NCBI RefSeq assembly: GCF_964355755.1
Contig: NC_092680.1
Coordinates: 5,084,001 to 5,148,000, forward strand
Source of the DNA: Antedon mediterranea
Lineage: Eukaryota; Animalia; Echinodermata
Length of the DNA stretch: 64,000 bases
Direction of reading: 5' to 3'
The position numbers and the translations under genes are program-made. Positions 1 through 13,853 of this stretch are shown here, piece by piece. The stretch's first letter is position 1. Each line of letters starts with the position of its first letter. The notes beneath the pieces were generated by a model, which ran no database searches, was not told the origin of the DNA, and was given only the letters and a program-made list of their open reading frames with translations.

Positions 1-458
1 TAATTATAATCATCATCAGTCTTAACGAGAAAATGAGGAAATTATAATAAAATAAAAATATTTGTGCCATTATCAATCAAGGTAAATGGTTATTGCGTAA
101 AGAGTAGGCACTCTGGCCAATGGCAGCAACAGGAGAGAATCTACTATGATTAATCCAGCAGGAAATGATCCCTCACTTGTTATGAATGTTTATAGATGCA
201 CATGAATGTTGTGTATTCAGAACCAATTTCCTAACTACCAAAAAGATAATGAAATTATCTTTCTCAAGGATACAACAAATATAATAATGAAGTTATTTCA
301 AACCGAAAATCTTGTCATAAACTCCCCTATCCTTTTATTTTAATTGGTTTGTCACTTCAAAGTAAATTAAACAAGCTGTGCGAACTAAAAGTGAATATAA
401 ATATTGTTGCGGTAATGATGATAATGTTGGCAAGGAATTAAATAAATCTGCAACTTAC

Positions 459-545
459 CAAACCTTGTAACTCCCTATATTCCTGAAGTATTCTGGTTAT
501 TAATTTATATGTTGCAGATCTGGACATTAGGGAACCAAAGACATA
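459..545 (-). CDS. GRAMD2B: GRAM-domain gene exon (YVFGSLMSRSATYKLITRILQEYRELQGL)
   Basis: Acceptor ttttttag, donor GTAAGT, 87 nt, phase 0-0. Encodes the C-terminal helix of the GRAM/PH fold (SxxSRxxTYKL). Confidence 0.93.
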
Positions 546-631
546 CTAAAAAAACAAAATTGTTAATATAATATCAAATTAACATATATAATATCCCTAA
601 AAAAATGTTGAACAGGCCATTTTAATGTCGC

Positions 632-738
632 ATTCAATTCAATTCAACAAACATTTATTTTATCAAATGCCATACAAATAATACAAAGCATTAAAGAGGA
701 TCAACCTAGAACTAAAACTTGTCTCAGTTGGCTCTTTA
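632..738 (-). mobile_element. LINE 3'-end fragment with (ATTGA)n tail
   Basis: Near-identical inverted copy at 35418-35520 ending AATAAATGTTTGTTAAATTGAAT. Confidence 0.55.
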
Positions 739-1377
739 GTTATTATTTACTTCAAACATTAAAATAATTATTTAGATGATAAAACCATTATTTAAAGAAA
801 ATAACTAGAATCCCATTGTATGGACACAACAAGTTTTGGTAAAATTTAACATTTTATCCTGTTATAGTCGAAGCAAAATTATTTTATTTTTTACAAAAGT
901 GAATAACTGTATTACAATATGGTGTATTCAAAGTTGATTTTATTCATCTTTTTTTTTCAAGTTTTGGGGAACAATTATTTATTTGAAATATGGCGTACCC
1001 AAAAGATAATATGCATCGTGTTGTGGATAAATGGTATACCAGATGAGATCATCTCTGTACCTAGTGTAAAGTCATTCCAAAAAAATATGAGGACCCTCCC
1101 TTAACACAACTATCAAGTATTAGACCAATAAAGTATAAAAGAAGAAATTATTTAATTTTTATTATATAAACACATCAGGCACAGAACATGAATTCAAAAC
1201 CGCCCGGTGATATACTGAAATTTAATTAATAATTTGAAACAATAAAGATGTTTGTTTATATATCTATTTCTATTTACATCAAAACGTAGATTGTGGTGGT
1301 GGATTGAGTACAGAAAAAAACTGTAATAACTATACAACAACAATGCTTTGAATGAATCAGAATTTCATTTAATATAC

Positions 1378-1473
1378 CTTTTCATTTTCTGTGTGAATTC
1401 CAATTGCATTTGGCACAATCAAAGCCGTCCGCTCACGTGTCACGTCTTTCACTTCTCCAATAGCAACAGTAAC
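1378..1473 (-). CDS. GRAMD2B: GRAM-domain gene exon (VTVAIGEVKDVTRERTALIVPNAIGIHTENEK)
   Basis: Acceptor ttactag, donor GTATAT, 96 nt, phase 0-0. Contains the TAxxxPNAI motif of GRAMD1/2. Confidence 0.95.
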
Positions 1474-1871
1474 CTAGTAATGAAACATTGAAAAGGTAAT
1501 TCAACTAAAAAGCTATATGATGATTGAAATTCTTCTTCAAATTTACAAGATGTAAATGTCACCTACGTGACACCCACCAGTTAATCAATATAACTCTTGT
1601 GGATGTATTCAAGTGTACTGCTTGAAAGGTAGCATATTTCATATCTATTGGCTATCATTGCGATTCTGATATATGAAACTTGTAGTGCAGCTGATAGTTG
1701 ATGGTTAACATGCTTGCCTTTTAACACCCAGGTCTAGGGCTCAATCCTGACCTGTGCCACTCCACTCTCTAAGCCTCAAATAAGTCTTTAGTTTATAAGT
1801 TATTATATAAATTGGTTTTAATTCTTAACACTGAAAAATAAAACAAATTTCAATATATTTTGTTGACTTAC

Positions 1872-1975
1872 GCGTGTTTCAAACCCAAAAATATTTGAAT
1901 GAAAGCACAACCAATTCTTTGAGACGTATAATCGACCTTGAAGCAAGATATCTTTAACATACGCACATGAGTAAG
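1872..1975 (-). CDS. GRAMD2B: GRAM-domain gene exon (YSCAYVKDILLQGRLYVSKNWLCFHSNIFGFETR)
   Basis: Acceptor ttttcag, donor GTAAGT, 104 nt, phase 1-0. Canonical GRAM core SCA...QGRLY.S.NW.CF.S.IFG; lies within ORF 1818-2003. Confidence 0.97.
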
Positions 1976-2580
1976 CTGAAAATAAACATAAAATATAGTT
2001 CAAAGAAAAACTTTAAAATATAGCATATCATTATGAATTACTAAATATTATGATACAAATTGATTTTGAATGTAAATTGAGTTTGTTTATTATTTATCAA
2101 ATTCTAAATGTAATTATGATGAAACTTTTAATTTATTAATGAGCTGCAGTGTACACTAATGTTTATAGTCCTTATCCCAGAAACCTTGTTCTACTGTACC
2201 ACCAGAACCATGGAGCAAGTAGTGAGCCGTGAACTCTTGCCAGTGTCATGGCTACGTAATTAGGGTTCCACTTTCTTAACCGTTTGGGCACTCACCAGGG
2301 AGTTTATTTTACAACTCCCTGCACTCACTAACTCAATTGAAAGTTGTGTGTCAACGATAGTAACTTCAATATTACTTTAAATATCACTTTATAATCAATT
2401 AAAAAGAGAAATTTGTAAGTATACAATACTAAAATGATGCTCTACAGTAAATATTTTACAATTAATTTAATCAATCATTAATCATCATGAACTCTCAATG
2501 TCTTGCAACATAACGCACTTAACAAGACTTCTCCAATGTGAGAAATGATTGCCCATAGACTTATAGCCATATTTATATAT

Positions 2581-2925
2581 TTTTTACTCGGGGTACCCGA
2601 GTCTAGTACTCTCTCATCTTCTCCTCTTCTTCCATCTGGACACTATTGAGTAAAAAGTGCAATTTATAAAGTACTACTCCTCCCTTTATTTGTTGTAGTA
2701 TTGAGCTGGGATTTGGCATGAATATACTACAGGGACATGTCCTCAAAGTTATAGAGCCGGATTTTTAAATTTCAAACCGGATGCAGCCATATCACATCTC
2801 GAAGATGGTACCGTATAGCCGTATTTGGTAGCGAGGCGATGTGTATGTTACGTTAAATCCGGTCTTATGACGTCATTACAGCTTCTTTTGCTGCTGTACC
2901 CCGAGTATTGCACATTCGTGCTTGT
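2581..2925 (+). mobile_element. Helentron-associated non-autonomous element (HINE/DINE-1-like)
   Basis: 5' TTTTT-ACTCGGGGTACCCGAGT palindrome, 3' subterminal repeat TACCCCGAGTA plus GCAC-attc-GTGC hairpin and TTGT end. A second, inverted copy lies at 28486-28825. Confidence 0.7.
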
Positions 2926-3059
2926 AATTGATACTGAAGTTTTTTAATTGAATTTATTTTAATGGTGATTTTATATAGACTGATTGTACTGTCAATGAAA
3001 CTCATATCTCTTTTGAAGAATATGTTAGAGTAGACTAGCAGCATGTTAAAGATGTCTAA

Positions 3060-3221
3060 AGCTCTGTCTACACTGTTAAACTTTATGTGACTAAAAAATG
3101 TAATGTGCCCATATATGGACATGATGATGTCATACCACTACCATATTTGGTAATAATTCACTACCATATTTGGGCACATCATATTTTTTTTTGTCAAACT
3201 AGTTTGAGTGTAGACAGAGCT
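3060..3221. mobile_element. MITE family A (AGCTCTGTCTACACT TIRs, PIF/Harbinger-like)
   Basis: TIR pair with an internal ATCACTACCATATTT duplication. Copies also at 3637-3792, 7949-8095, 11330-11487, 39404-39538, 47617-47819, 50942-51108 and about 57088-57222. Confidence 0.85.
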
Positions 3222-3636
3222 CAACAACACATACTGTAATTCATTCAAATATTATATGAAAATCATGGTTTAACTACATTATTTTCTAGACATAAAATCT
3301 ATTCAATTTGATTTACGATCTGTCTAGAATAATAACCTTTGACATTTTAAATACATGATTATAAAAATGTATGTTATATTGTGATATTTAGGATCAAAAT
3401 TAACATATGGAATTGCTTTCAATGTTATACTGATTATCCTGTTATACAAATTATACTCTTACTATTGTATTTGAAACGTATTAAGTGTTAATATTTATTT
3501 TATTTATTGATATTAGGCATAATTTAAAAAATTAATCTAAAATCAATATGGTTTGTCATGGTAACATAGGATATGATAAAAGGTGACTGTCCTACAGGAA
3601 AGTACAAAATGTGGAATCATGACAAATAATGACAAA

Positions 3637-3792
3637 AGCTCTGTCTACACTATCAAACTTTATGTGACAAAAAATGTGATATGCCCATGGACATGATGAT
3701 GTCAAATCACTACCATATTTAAGCATATCACTACCATATTTGGGCACATCACACTTTTTTTGTCAAACTAGTTTGATAGTGTAAACAGAGCT
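3637..3792. mobile_element. MITE family A copy
   Basis: Same TIRs and internal sequence as 3060-3221. Confidence 0.85.
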
Positions 3793-4198
3793 TTAAGAAA
3801 CGATTTGAGCAGTCTTGCTTCTGAAAATGTATGTAGAGTAATTATAAAATGACTAAAACATGCTCATCTTATATTCCATATTCAACATGGTATCATCTAA
3901 TTAATTAAGACGCCACGTAAATAAAATATTTATAAAACCTGTATCTATTTAATTTTTAGAATAATAACAATATTTCTAAATTAGGACTTCATATTGTCAC
4001 TAACATATTCAAACAAAGTAAAAAATAAAAACTGTATGATTAAGAAATTGTCAAACAATTTTTTAAATTTCCACTGACATTGTACATAGTAGCCTAATGA
4101 ATTCATTATTTCGAGGAAAACCTTATTAATTGCTCGTGTGGAAATTCAATTGTATTAAAAAATTATGCGACAATTTATATAAATTAATTGCTACTTAC

Positions 4199-4277
4199 AA
4201 TTAATAACTATTTCATCTACAGGAATGTCAGGGAAATGCTTATGGAACTGTTTATTCCTGGTTTCTTGGCCCATTTC
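4199..4277 (-). CDS. GRAMD2B: GRAM-domain gene exon (EMGQETRNKQFHKHFPDIPVDEIVIN)
   Basis: Acceptor tgttttag, donor GTAAGT, 79 nt, phase 0-1. N.xFHKxF..IP.xE.xI marks the start of the GRAM domain. Confidence 0.95.
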
Positions 4278-4751
4278 CTAAAACAAACAAAAAGGATGAA
4301 TTTCAACACAATAAGAATTTTCCCTATAAAATAATATAGATTTAAGTTATAAAAAAAAAATATATGTCTCAATCCAGTAGGACGCAATGCAAGGACGTCT
4401 GCAACGCAAGTAAATTGACCGATCAAAAGCGATTGATTATTCAAAATGTTGCTTGTGATTGGTCAATTCTCTTGCGTTGTGGCTTCGTCTATACGTTGAT
4501 TCCTATTGGTAACCAAGCTTAAGGAAGTATAGTAGAGATAGTTGTGTGTTACAACCATTGCACTACAGTTCACTACAGGTCCCCGGCAAAGCATATACTG
4601 CCTCCTTGTTAGTTTAACAAAAATATGTCTCTTGCTGTAATAAGGGTGTCCTAAGGGGTATACTGTAACAGGACTATGATATGTAAATACAACTAATTTG
4701 TAATTAATGCTGTAATTGTACAGTATGCTTTTAAATAGCTTTTTCACCAAC

Positions 4752-4812
4752 CTCAATCTTTGCAAACGCTTCTGTGAAGACTTCTGAGACGGAGTTACTA
4801 AATGATTTTGAT
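4752..4812 (-). CDS. GRAMD2B: GRAM-domain gene exon (SKSFSNSVSEVFTEAFAKIE)
   Basis: Acceptor tcttgcag, donor GTTGGT, 61 nt, phase 2-0. Joins the upstream phase-2 exons to the GRAM exons in frame. Confidence 0.8.
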
Positions 4813-7800
4813 CTGCAAGATATAAATCAAAAACAATCAGTGAAAATCTAATCAACCAGAATCAAATTGTTAAAAACATATTTTTTTCATTACAAAACAC
4901 CTAAAGTTTACTAGAAGTAGGTCAGATATGTTCGTGTCTTAAAACACATTAATACACATTAAAATAGTATCAAACCTATCTCCTTGAGCGTCTATAAACG
5001 GATTTATTTCACAACATGAGAAATCATATCTTTAAATGACAATTTCAATTCCTATTACTTGTATTATACATAACCCTTTCTTTCTGGCTAGCTTTGTGAA
5101 ATACAGTAAAGCTGTACAAGTTCGGCTCCAGTGGGACATTCTCCACGTTAATTTACGAACTTCTACTTGACTTTAAGTAGCATGCTTGAACATTTACTTC
5201 ATAAACACCACTGCGTTTATTTATTGTGATAAAGTTATTCAAAATCAAGAGCTATACTTAATTAAAAGTATTTGAAATATCTGAAGAAGCATATACATAT
5301 AATTAAAAGATATAGTTATACAAATAACGGCAACACATAACATTTTAGAATGTATTTTAAAATTAATGACTGCAATTGTAAAATGAATCTAGCTATACGT
5401 CTTATATTTTATTAGGAAATAATTCACTTAATTGCTATCACTTTTTGTAATTATTGTTATAGTGGAAACTAGAAATCATGAATTGTTTTATGTCATATTG
5501 GAATTTTTGATTATTGTACATTATAGCATACATTTTTATATATGTATTTTATATCTTTTATAAGTTTATGTAATATTTATTTTAGTTGGAGTTAAATGGT
5601 ATTTTCTTTATTTGATCATAAAACATGAATACAATCATCAGAATACATTTCAATGCATTGGTGCTTCTTCACCTAAACACTACATAAACACTTCCAAACA
5701 CAACCTAAACACAATCTAAACACTACCTAAACACTTCCTAAATAATTCCTTCGTCTTTCATGCAAGTGGCTCTTGAATACTAATAATATACTGTACCATC
5801 CTACATATTCCAAAATTATGCACATTATAAAATTATATACTGTACATAATTCTATATTCAATATTAGATTACAAATTTGACAGCTCTACCAAAGTTATTA
5901 TCAAATTAACTTCTTAAACCTGACCATTATCTTGGGGCTATAAACATACCAGCTGTCTGTGAGATGCCCCAGACAGCAGAAGAAGTCACAAGAACAATTG
6001 AAAAGAGAAATGACATTTGAAAGCACAAAAAAAAAAATCTGGGTTTATGGTTTTATATCACTAAATCAAGATCACATTAAAATCAGCATTTTCACAGCAA
6101 TATTTAGAAACTTGATTAACTATAACACTTTCATTACTAACTGAAGTATCATCAATGAGGATGTAACACTTTGGTACGCAGAAATAAATTTGACTTGGTC
6201 AAATTTACAAGCATGGTTCACTAATCTTGTACCTTAAGCTTTCACAATGAACGAAAGATCAGTGTCGTAAAAGGTCTAATCTGGTCTTAGTTCAGTAGCT
6301 GTATGGAAACTTTCCTTTTTACTGAGGACAATAAAGTAAATTAAAATTAGTGTGTAGGGTAAGAAACCTAACTTTGTTCTGAACAAGCCTTAAAGTCAAT
6401 TTGTGAATTTGCCCAGAATGGGCTGAACTGAAGATGATGATGACAAGGATAATGATGATGATGATAATGACAGTAATGATCATGAATATGTAGAAAATTC
6501 GATACAAATTCTGATGATGATTTTGAACCTTTTTAACGTTTATGTTTTTATTGATTGATCACTAATAAATATTCCATTTATACAACAAACAATACAAAAC
6601 AGAAAATCACACTAAAATAGGATTTTGTCCAATTTAGTGAACAGATTTGAAGGTCTTAACAGTTGGTTCTAAATACACCTACAAGATCATTTTCACTATT
6701 CAAAACTCTTATTCTAAAAGCACTTGCATACATGTTTATGTTTGTGAAAATATCTAAAATGAGGGGCAGATCCAGGGGGTTGAGCTTGGGGTGCATATGC
6801 TCCATCATTTTGAATGAAATATTTGATTTAAGTACTTAATTTTGAAAGACTACTAATATTTGGAAAAATCCTTAGAACACCCCTGAAAACTACTGTACAC
6901 CTTATCAGGAGAGTTGTGACTTTAGTTAAAATAGTTAGAGACATCATGGGAGACATTCAATTGTGCAGGAAAACTATTAACCACGTAAATTACATACACA
7001 AACACTTTTAACTTATCCTAAATTGAATGCATTAGCAATGGAAATTCAGATAATTAAGGATGTATTCCACCCAATGCATTACCAATAGCCTTGCAAATAA
7101 TCAGACTTTAAGCTTTTAAAATAAATCTATTTAGGAAATTTATTCAATAGAATTATGCACATGCTATAAAAGAAATAATTGCTACATTTATTTTTCCCAC
7201 CTGTTTTCTACTGTGTGTATTACTAGAAAATTTGTATTATTTGTAAATTACATGTACATATAAATTCTTGATTATTAAAAAAATGCCCAGTGATTTAGAA
7301 AAATATTAATAACTGGGTTTTCCTAATAAATCAATAGTGAAGGTTTTAAAGCCATTGTAAGCAACCATTGTTAAATAATTAAGTGTAATTGTACTGTAAA
7401 TAAAGAAAACTAAAAGGTCAGGAAGAATGATGATGATAATAATTGATGTTATTGTAGTTAAATTATTGAATCCTAGAATTGCAATTTCGTACAGTATCAA
7501 GTGCATCAACAATTTTTTTTACATATTATTTTACATCACTTAGTTAACCTGTAATATTATTTTTCTATCTTCGATGTCATCTTGTTGTAATGATTTAAAT
7601 TTTTTATCTAAAGTAGTTTTTATTAAAATTTTAACCAGCCCGTTAGTGGCGATGATTCACTGTTGGTCTGGAATGAAATAAAGAAAAAACTGATAGGTGA
7701 AAATCTTTTTCCAGACAAGAATATATAGGAGCATTATAAATGAACTAATAGGGCAGGCTGAAAATATAAAAAAAACCTACAGGAAAGAAATCATAAAATA

Positions 7801-7948
7801 AACAAAAAGAGAAAGTGTTTAGATTATCAAAATAATGCTTATAACCTAAGATAACATTCAATCTTTAGTTTCTGTAAGTGTATTCAACTTATAAAATGTT
7901 ATTTCATCACATGTAAAGTTGGGTTTTTATTCAAATTGAGATCTCTAA

Positions 7949-8095
7949 AGCCTTGTCTACACTATCAAACTTTGTGACAACAAAATATGATGGGCCCATA
8001 TATGATCCAATGATGATGTCATATCACTACCATATTTGGGATAATCACTACCATATTTGGCACATCACACTTTTTTCAAACTAGTAGACAGAGCT
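7949..8095. mobile_element. MITE family A copy
   Basis: Same internal sequence; slightly degenerate TIRs. Confidence 0.8.
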
Positions 8096-11000
8096 TTAGG
8101 CAAATGATTTCAAACTCCTGGGGTTTCCTTGCCATAGGCCTAAATGTTGACATACGATGCAAAAGATAGGATATAAGCTTCAGATCAACCAGGGCTGTAT
8201 AGCTTCAGATCAACCAGGGCTGTACACACCAGTATGGTTGGCAAGGTTTCAACCTGACCACTTTAACAGCTAGGCCTTTAACAACTCTGTGTCTACAGAT
8301 TGTTTTCTTGTGACCACTTTATATCACGTGGCTAACCACTGTTAGCACCTAATTTGACAGTTTTTAAGCTCTGAATCTCTCTATTTAAAAATCCTGGATC
8401 CTCCACTGGGAAAGGGTACATTCAGACCAAGATGCTATGTGGTCCATATAAAAATCTATAATATTTGGTGGATATTTCATTTGGAAACCTTTGTGGTAAA
8501 AAGAAAATCTTGAAGAATTAAGAAAACCAAATTTGGAAATAAAAAAATTATTAATTAATTAATACTGCTGCACCATGTACTGTACTACTGTATTGTTTAC
8601 ATAAGCATAATAAAGTTGGAAATAAGTTATTTTTGCAGAATAAAAAGTGCAAAAAAATGCTTTGTCATGAAAGAAACTACAACTTGCAAAGCAATGAATA
8701 ATCCAAACCAAAAGTAAATGTTTGCTTTCTGACGTGGCAGAGCAGGAAGTTTCATCATGAATAGAAATACAGTATGACTAATATCAAAAATACTAAATAA
8801 TATATTCTTTGTGGTAATGTTTACTTTACAATCCCAGGGTCCCGGTTCAAGATTTCGTTTGAGCACTTTCTGAAATGCTGATTAACTTTATTTATTGAGG
8901 CCCTCATAATATATAACAGAAGTCAGCACTGCAGTGAAGTGGTGTCATATTGGTAATATGTAAATGCATATTCATTTTATAACAATATACAAAATCAGAT
9001 GTGGTCAAACCAAAAATGATTGTTATTATTACTGTATCATATCATACTACAAATAATGAATGTTCATAAGTTCAAAGATGGACTGGGATATTCAACATTA
9101 AATAGAACGGACCTGAAAATCGTGAGAATGAACCGAAATAATGCATAGCAAGTATACACTTATAATATAGTATTTTAATGTCAAAAATTTACCAGGATGT
9201 TATGAATCATGTCCTTGACAAAAAATAACCAGATTCCTTTAATCTAATCTTTGTTGTCAGATGAAAAAAAAACTGTGTAACGTATGCATACTACATCTAC
9301 AGAATTTAACAACCTATATATTGAAATACAAACTGCCAATTAAGGGACCACTATAGAGACCATTGTTGGAGGACCATAATGTTAACTGAGTACTGTGTTA
9401 AAAGAGAAAATATAAGTTTCAATCATTCGTTATATTTTTAAAGTGCCATTCCAACGATCATTGCTCATGGAACAAGTGAGTTTTGAGTAGTGATTTATTT
9501 ATCTTTCGAGTTTCCATATATTACTTCAAGTAAAGAATCTACATACAACTTGATAAATATCAGATCGCTAATGTATTTACTAATACAATACAAACGGTTG
9601 GTAGTTGTTAAAAGATCTATACTAGCAAAGTGGACAACCCAAGTTGGCCTTTCAATCAATTTGTTTTGCCTAAGAAATGATGAACTTACAGAATTAGTCA
9701 AGCCCACCGCCTATTTTGAAAGTATACAAAATAAATTTTGTTTTTCAAAAATGTACAACTATTAGCTAGTTTTGAAATTATAGCAATTATGGAAAGTCTA
9801 CAACTGTATACCAGAAAAATGCTAGTTTGTTAGAGTGAATGTCAAGCCCTGGAGAAAATAAGGAATCATTTTCAAAGAATTTTATGTCTTAAAAACTGTA
9901 TGGCAAAAATGGCATGTGAGCACAAGTAATTCACACCAGCTGATGACCAATATCTGAACATAACCTTTCTCAGTAGCAGGCACTCATAATCTTGAAAGGA
10001 TTTCCTGGAAGTTGAGACAAATGATTGAAGATGTTTTAAGAAAGACATCGTCACTTTTTAAGATTGAGTCATTACAGACAATCATTTACGTAACACAAAC
10101 GCTAAGATACATGGACAAAAGTATAAGCAAATTCTCAAATTGAAGGTCACCTATATAAATCAACTCATTTCTATGCGAAATGGGTCTTAGTTACAGCTCA
10201 ACTTTGCGTATCCAATCGCCAGAGTATGTTTTAAGTGTTGCAGTGTTTTATGCCTTTTTGGCTAAAAATGTGTGTAATTATCGAAATGTCAAAGTATGTA
10301 TCAACTGAACAACGACTCAGCAGTTATTGATCATAAAAAATTCACAGAAAAAGGATGATCCAATGTACAGTACATAGAATATTGTCTCGAGATTTTATTT
10401 CTCTAATTAAGCAGTAAGTATTTCCTTATTAGTCAATATCTCATTATCATATTGATCAACGGACATCTCATTAATCATGTTCATCATTTGTGTCAGTGTT
10501 GTGCCAGACCATGGGGTAAACATTGGCATGAACATTGGTGTGACCATAGACCACCATTAACAACATATTGCATCAGAGGAATAAAACTATCACATGTTGT
10601 GCAATATCAAATATTGTTGTTGAAACTTAATTGTTTCTCTTTGCAAAACACATGTTTTCTAACGCAAAGTGCAACAACAAAATATAATGTATTATAACAA
10701 CACTTTATGATTATAACGTGATCTGGAGGTCAAGGGTTAGAGTACCATCCAAGAACAACTTGCGATTTCCTTTCAATATGATGAAATGTACCAAATAATA
10801 TATTTGGTACTTAAGTTGGGAGCTAAACATCTTCATAAACCTATTATTATTACATTAACTTGAGAGAAGAATAGGAAAAATGAGAACATAAGAGAAACAA
10901 ATAAGGTTTGAAGATTATATTTTGACATTTGTCCTTTTGGCATTTAGATAGATAAAGTTTATTAATACATAAATATTTATATTTATTACTGTACTATAAA

Positions 11001-11329
11001 TGTACAATATCATGCTAAAACACACTGTCAAATATATATTTCAACTTTTGGATATAAATTGATAGTTCTGCAAGACTTCTTCAGAAAACTTAGAAATCTG
11101 TTTCCTGCAGGAGATATTTCAGGTCAACAGAGATTGCCCATTTCATACCAGAGCTCCTGCGTTTATGTGCATAATAATAGAAACTAGCATTTGTGTCTTT
11201 TGACATTTAAAGTACAATATGCATAAAGTGAAAACACTTATACAGTAGATGGCAAGTCAACTCACTGATATGATAATAATTCTTTACAATTACAATTTGA
11301 ACAAATCTTTGAAGTGAATTATCAAGTAA

Positions 11330-11487
11330 AACTCTGCACTATCAAACTTTATGTGACAAAAAAGTGTGATGTACCCAAATATGGTAGTGATATGATTAAA
11401 TATGGAAGTGATATGATATCATCATGTCCATATATGGCCAAGTAACATTTTTTTGTCACATAAAGTTTGATAGTGTAGACAAAGGCT
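11330..11487. mobile_element. MITE family A copy (opposite orientation)
   Basis: Reverse-complement match to family A. Confidence 0.8.
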
Positions 11488-12289
11488 TTTGATACAAGTA
11501 AAAGTAAAAGTACCAGAAACAAGAAAGTAAAGCCTACAGCATGCATCATTCCTGGTTAAAATTATCAAAAGATGTACTGGGTTGTTTTTAAGTGTACACA
11601 ACCAGAAGTATAGACCTCTGCTTTAAGTCCTTATCTTTTCTACCACGAGCAGTGAGTGGAGAGCATTGAATCTGTGCCGATGTTATGCCGCTATGGTTTG
11701 CACTGACCTGTCTTGACCTCTCGGTCACTGGACTATCTACAACAGGTACTGCACATTTACAAACCTACTTTAATTGTAGTGCATGAAACAGGGTTTTGCT
11801 ATCTAAATTAAGGAGAGTGAATAGACATTCCTAGTTGTAGCAGGTTACAGAAACCAAATATTGGTGTTTGATGGGTGCAAATAATACATGTAAGTTCAGA
11901 ATGGATCGGTCACAAAATACAATTGATGGATAGTCAAAAACTAGGTACAATATGTGGATAGTCTTAAATAAGCTGGCTGGATTTAAATAAGCTGAGTGCA
12001 AAGACTTAAATTAAGCTTGGTAGATAGCCTTAAATGGGTGGACAGTAAGTAAGCTAAATGAACAGTTTAAAAATAAGCTAGTTTGACAGCCAGTAAGATT
12101 TCTTAAATAAGCACTTCTAAAACAAATTTGGGTAACTTAGATAACTGTGGTCCAAATCTACGTGTGATAATACCTTGTTTAGATATGCTAAGATAAGTAG
12201 AAAGTAGTATAAGTATAACTCCTACCATAAATTGCCTTAATCCATAATTAATATTTAATATGCATTGATTTATATCTTCACGATCCTAC

Positions 12290-12411
12290 CTGTGTGAAGT
12301 GTCCTCGTCCTCAGCCATGTCAAAGAAATCTGGGAAGCAATCGTTCATTGTGAATAGCATCCCAGTACGATGTTCGACGGTTGGCAAAATGGCATAAGCA
12401 CTATTATCCAT
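12290..12411 (-). CDS. Candidate alternative first coding exon (MDNSAYAILPTVEHRTGMLFTMNDCFPDFFDMAEDEDTSHR)
   Basis: Open from ATG to an AG|GTAGGA donor, 122 nt (phase 2). GC-richer than its flanks and in frame with exon 4752-4812. Confidence 0.65.
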
Positions 12412-12528
12412 TGCAAATTAAATGATAACATAACAGTATTGAAGATGTTTTAAAAGGGGGAGAATAAAAACATTTGTGAAACAACCCACCAAGGCCACCT
12501 AAGACACATGATTAAGTGTGTATACTAA

Positions 12529-13620
12529 GGCCCTGTTCAGACCCATGGCGTTAGACCGTTTTAGCGTACAACGTTACTAGCAAGGTCACGTTACAAACCG
12601 CAGAGAAAAAAACGAGGTGTTCAGACCCATAGCGTACGATTATCGTTACAACGGAAGTACGTCATTCAGGTTGTTTCTAGTTGCATATTCATGTGCTCTT
12701 ACCCACGTGTTTTCATCATTATTTCCACTGTGTATAGGCCTAGGCCTAGATCTCAGCCCTACAATTATGACAAAGTTTGCCGTAAATAAAACAACATACC
12801 TCAGCATTTATTTAAGAAAAATATAGTAAAGCCAAATTTCTGTTTCTATTGTTTTTATTTTGTATTTTGTATTAAAAAACATTTTCCCCAGGTTCTTGTG
12901 TTACGAAAATAAAGCAGGCCTCCTAATGATGAAGAAAAAATTGATTGTGATAGTCTATCCAGTCCAGTCAAAGATATATATTCTTTGTTCCAGTAGGTTG
13001 AAAATAATCCTTAACTTGCTAATAAAAGGGACACAGCTCCCCTTGTTTGTTTACTGATTTTTTTAGGAGTTAGGGGGTTTTCAGCATTAAACTTGTCCAG
13101 TCTAGTCTGCCTTGTATATGAATGAGTGACTTGATGTCCCACGCTAGTTTTTAGCTTGAATGAAATGCGTGAATGACTCTAGGCCTAGCTAGGCCTAAAA
13201 GCGGATGGGATCGTAGTCCCTATGTTTAAATACAAGGTGCATGTATTTATGTCATTTGTTAGAAAATATAATGGTAATCAGTTGATAGTAGTTTGTAGCC
13301 TTTGTAACAGTTGTATTTGTAGTGTAGTTAGGCCTTATTTATTCTGGCCTTTTTGTTATTGAAATCCATCTCACACATTGACGATACAAGATGTCAGCCT
13401 AGGTCAAACCTTGTTTCGCGTCATAACAGGAAACGTTCTGATTGGATACAACGTTGACTTACAGTAGCGTCGTACGCTAAAACGGTACTATCAACCGTTT
13501 TCCACTACAACGCTACAACCGTTGTACGACGCGTTGTACGCTAATCCCCAACTGTTCAGACACACATTCTTTTAGCGTCGTACGCTAAAACGGTCTAACG
13601 CCATGGGTCTGAACAGGGCC
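12529..13620. mobile_element. PIF/Harbinger-type non-autonomous element (about 1.1 kb)
   Basis: Perfect TIR of about 40 bp, GGCCCTGTTCAGACCCATGGCGTTAGACCGTTTTAGCGTAC, with a TAA target-site duplication on both sides. Confidence 0.9.
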
Positions 13621-13853
13621 TAAGATCCATTCGGCAGTTTATAACGGAATAATAACAGCGTATAATGAAGCTGGAAATGCATAAGCACATGGCCAGATAA
13701 AAACAAAATTACGTTGCTTGAATCACTGCGATGAGTTTCAATATAACAGGAAAGAATACAGATCATAGATTACTTATAAACTTCCAGCTCTATCAAAATG
13801 ATATTACTTCCTATTGTTTATGACTAATTAGTGACTCCTAAGTGTTGCTAAAA

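Noticed and set aside
4463-4855. 130-aa minus-strand ORF
   Set aside because: It overlaps the real exon 4752-4812 in a different frame and runs into intron and MITE sequence; its phase does not fit the GRAM exon.
8177-8224. 24-bp exact tandem duplication and similar short repeats (about 15988, 18735, 23215, 32426)
   Set aside because: Ordinary slippage duplications with no further structure.
11600-11760. GC-richer open stretch on the minus strand (AVPVVDSPVTERSRQ...)
   Set aside because: No good acceptor/donor pair in a phase compatible with the gene.
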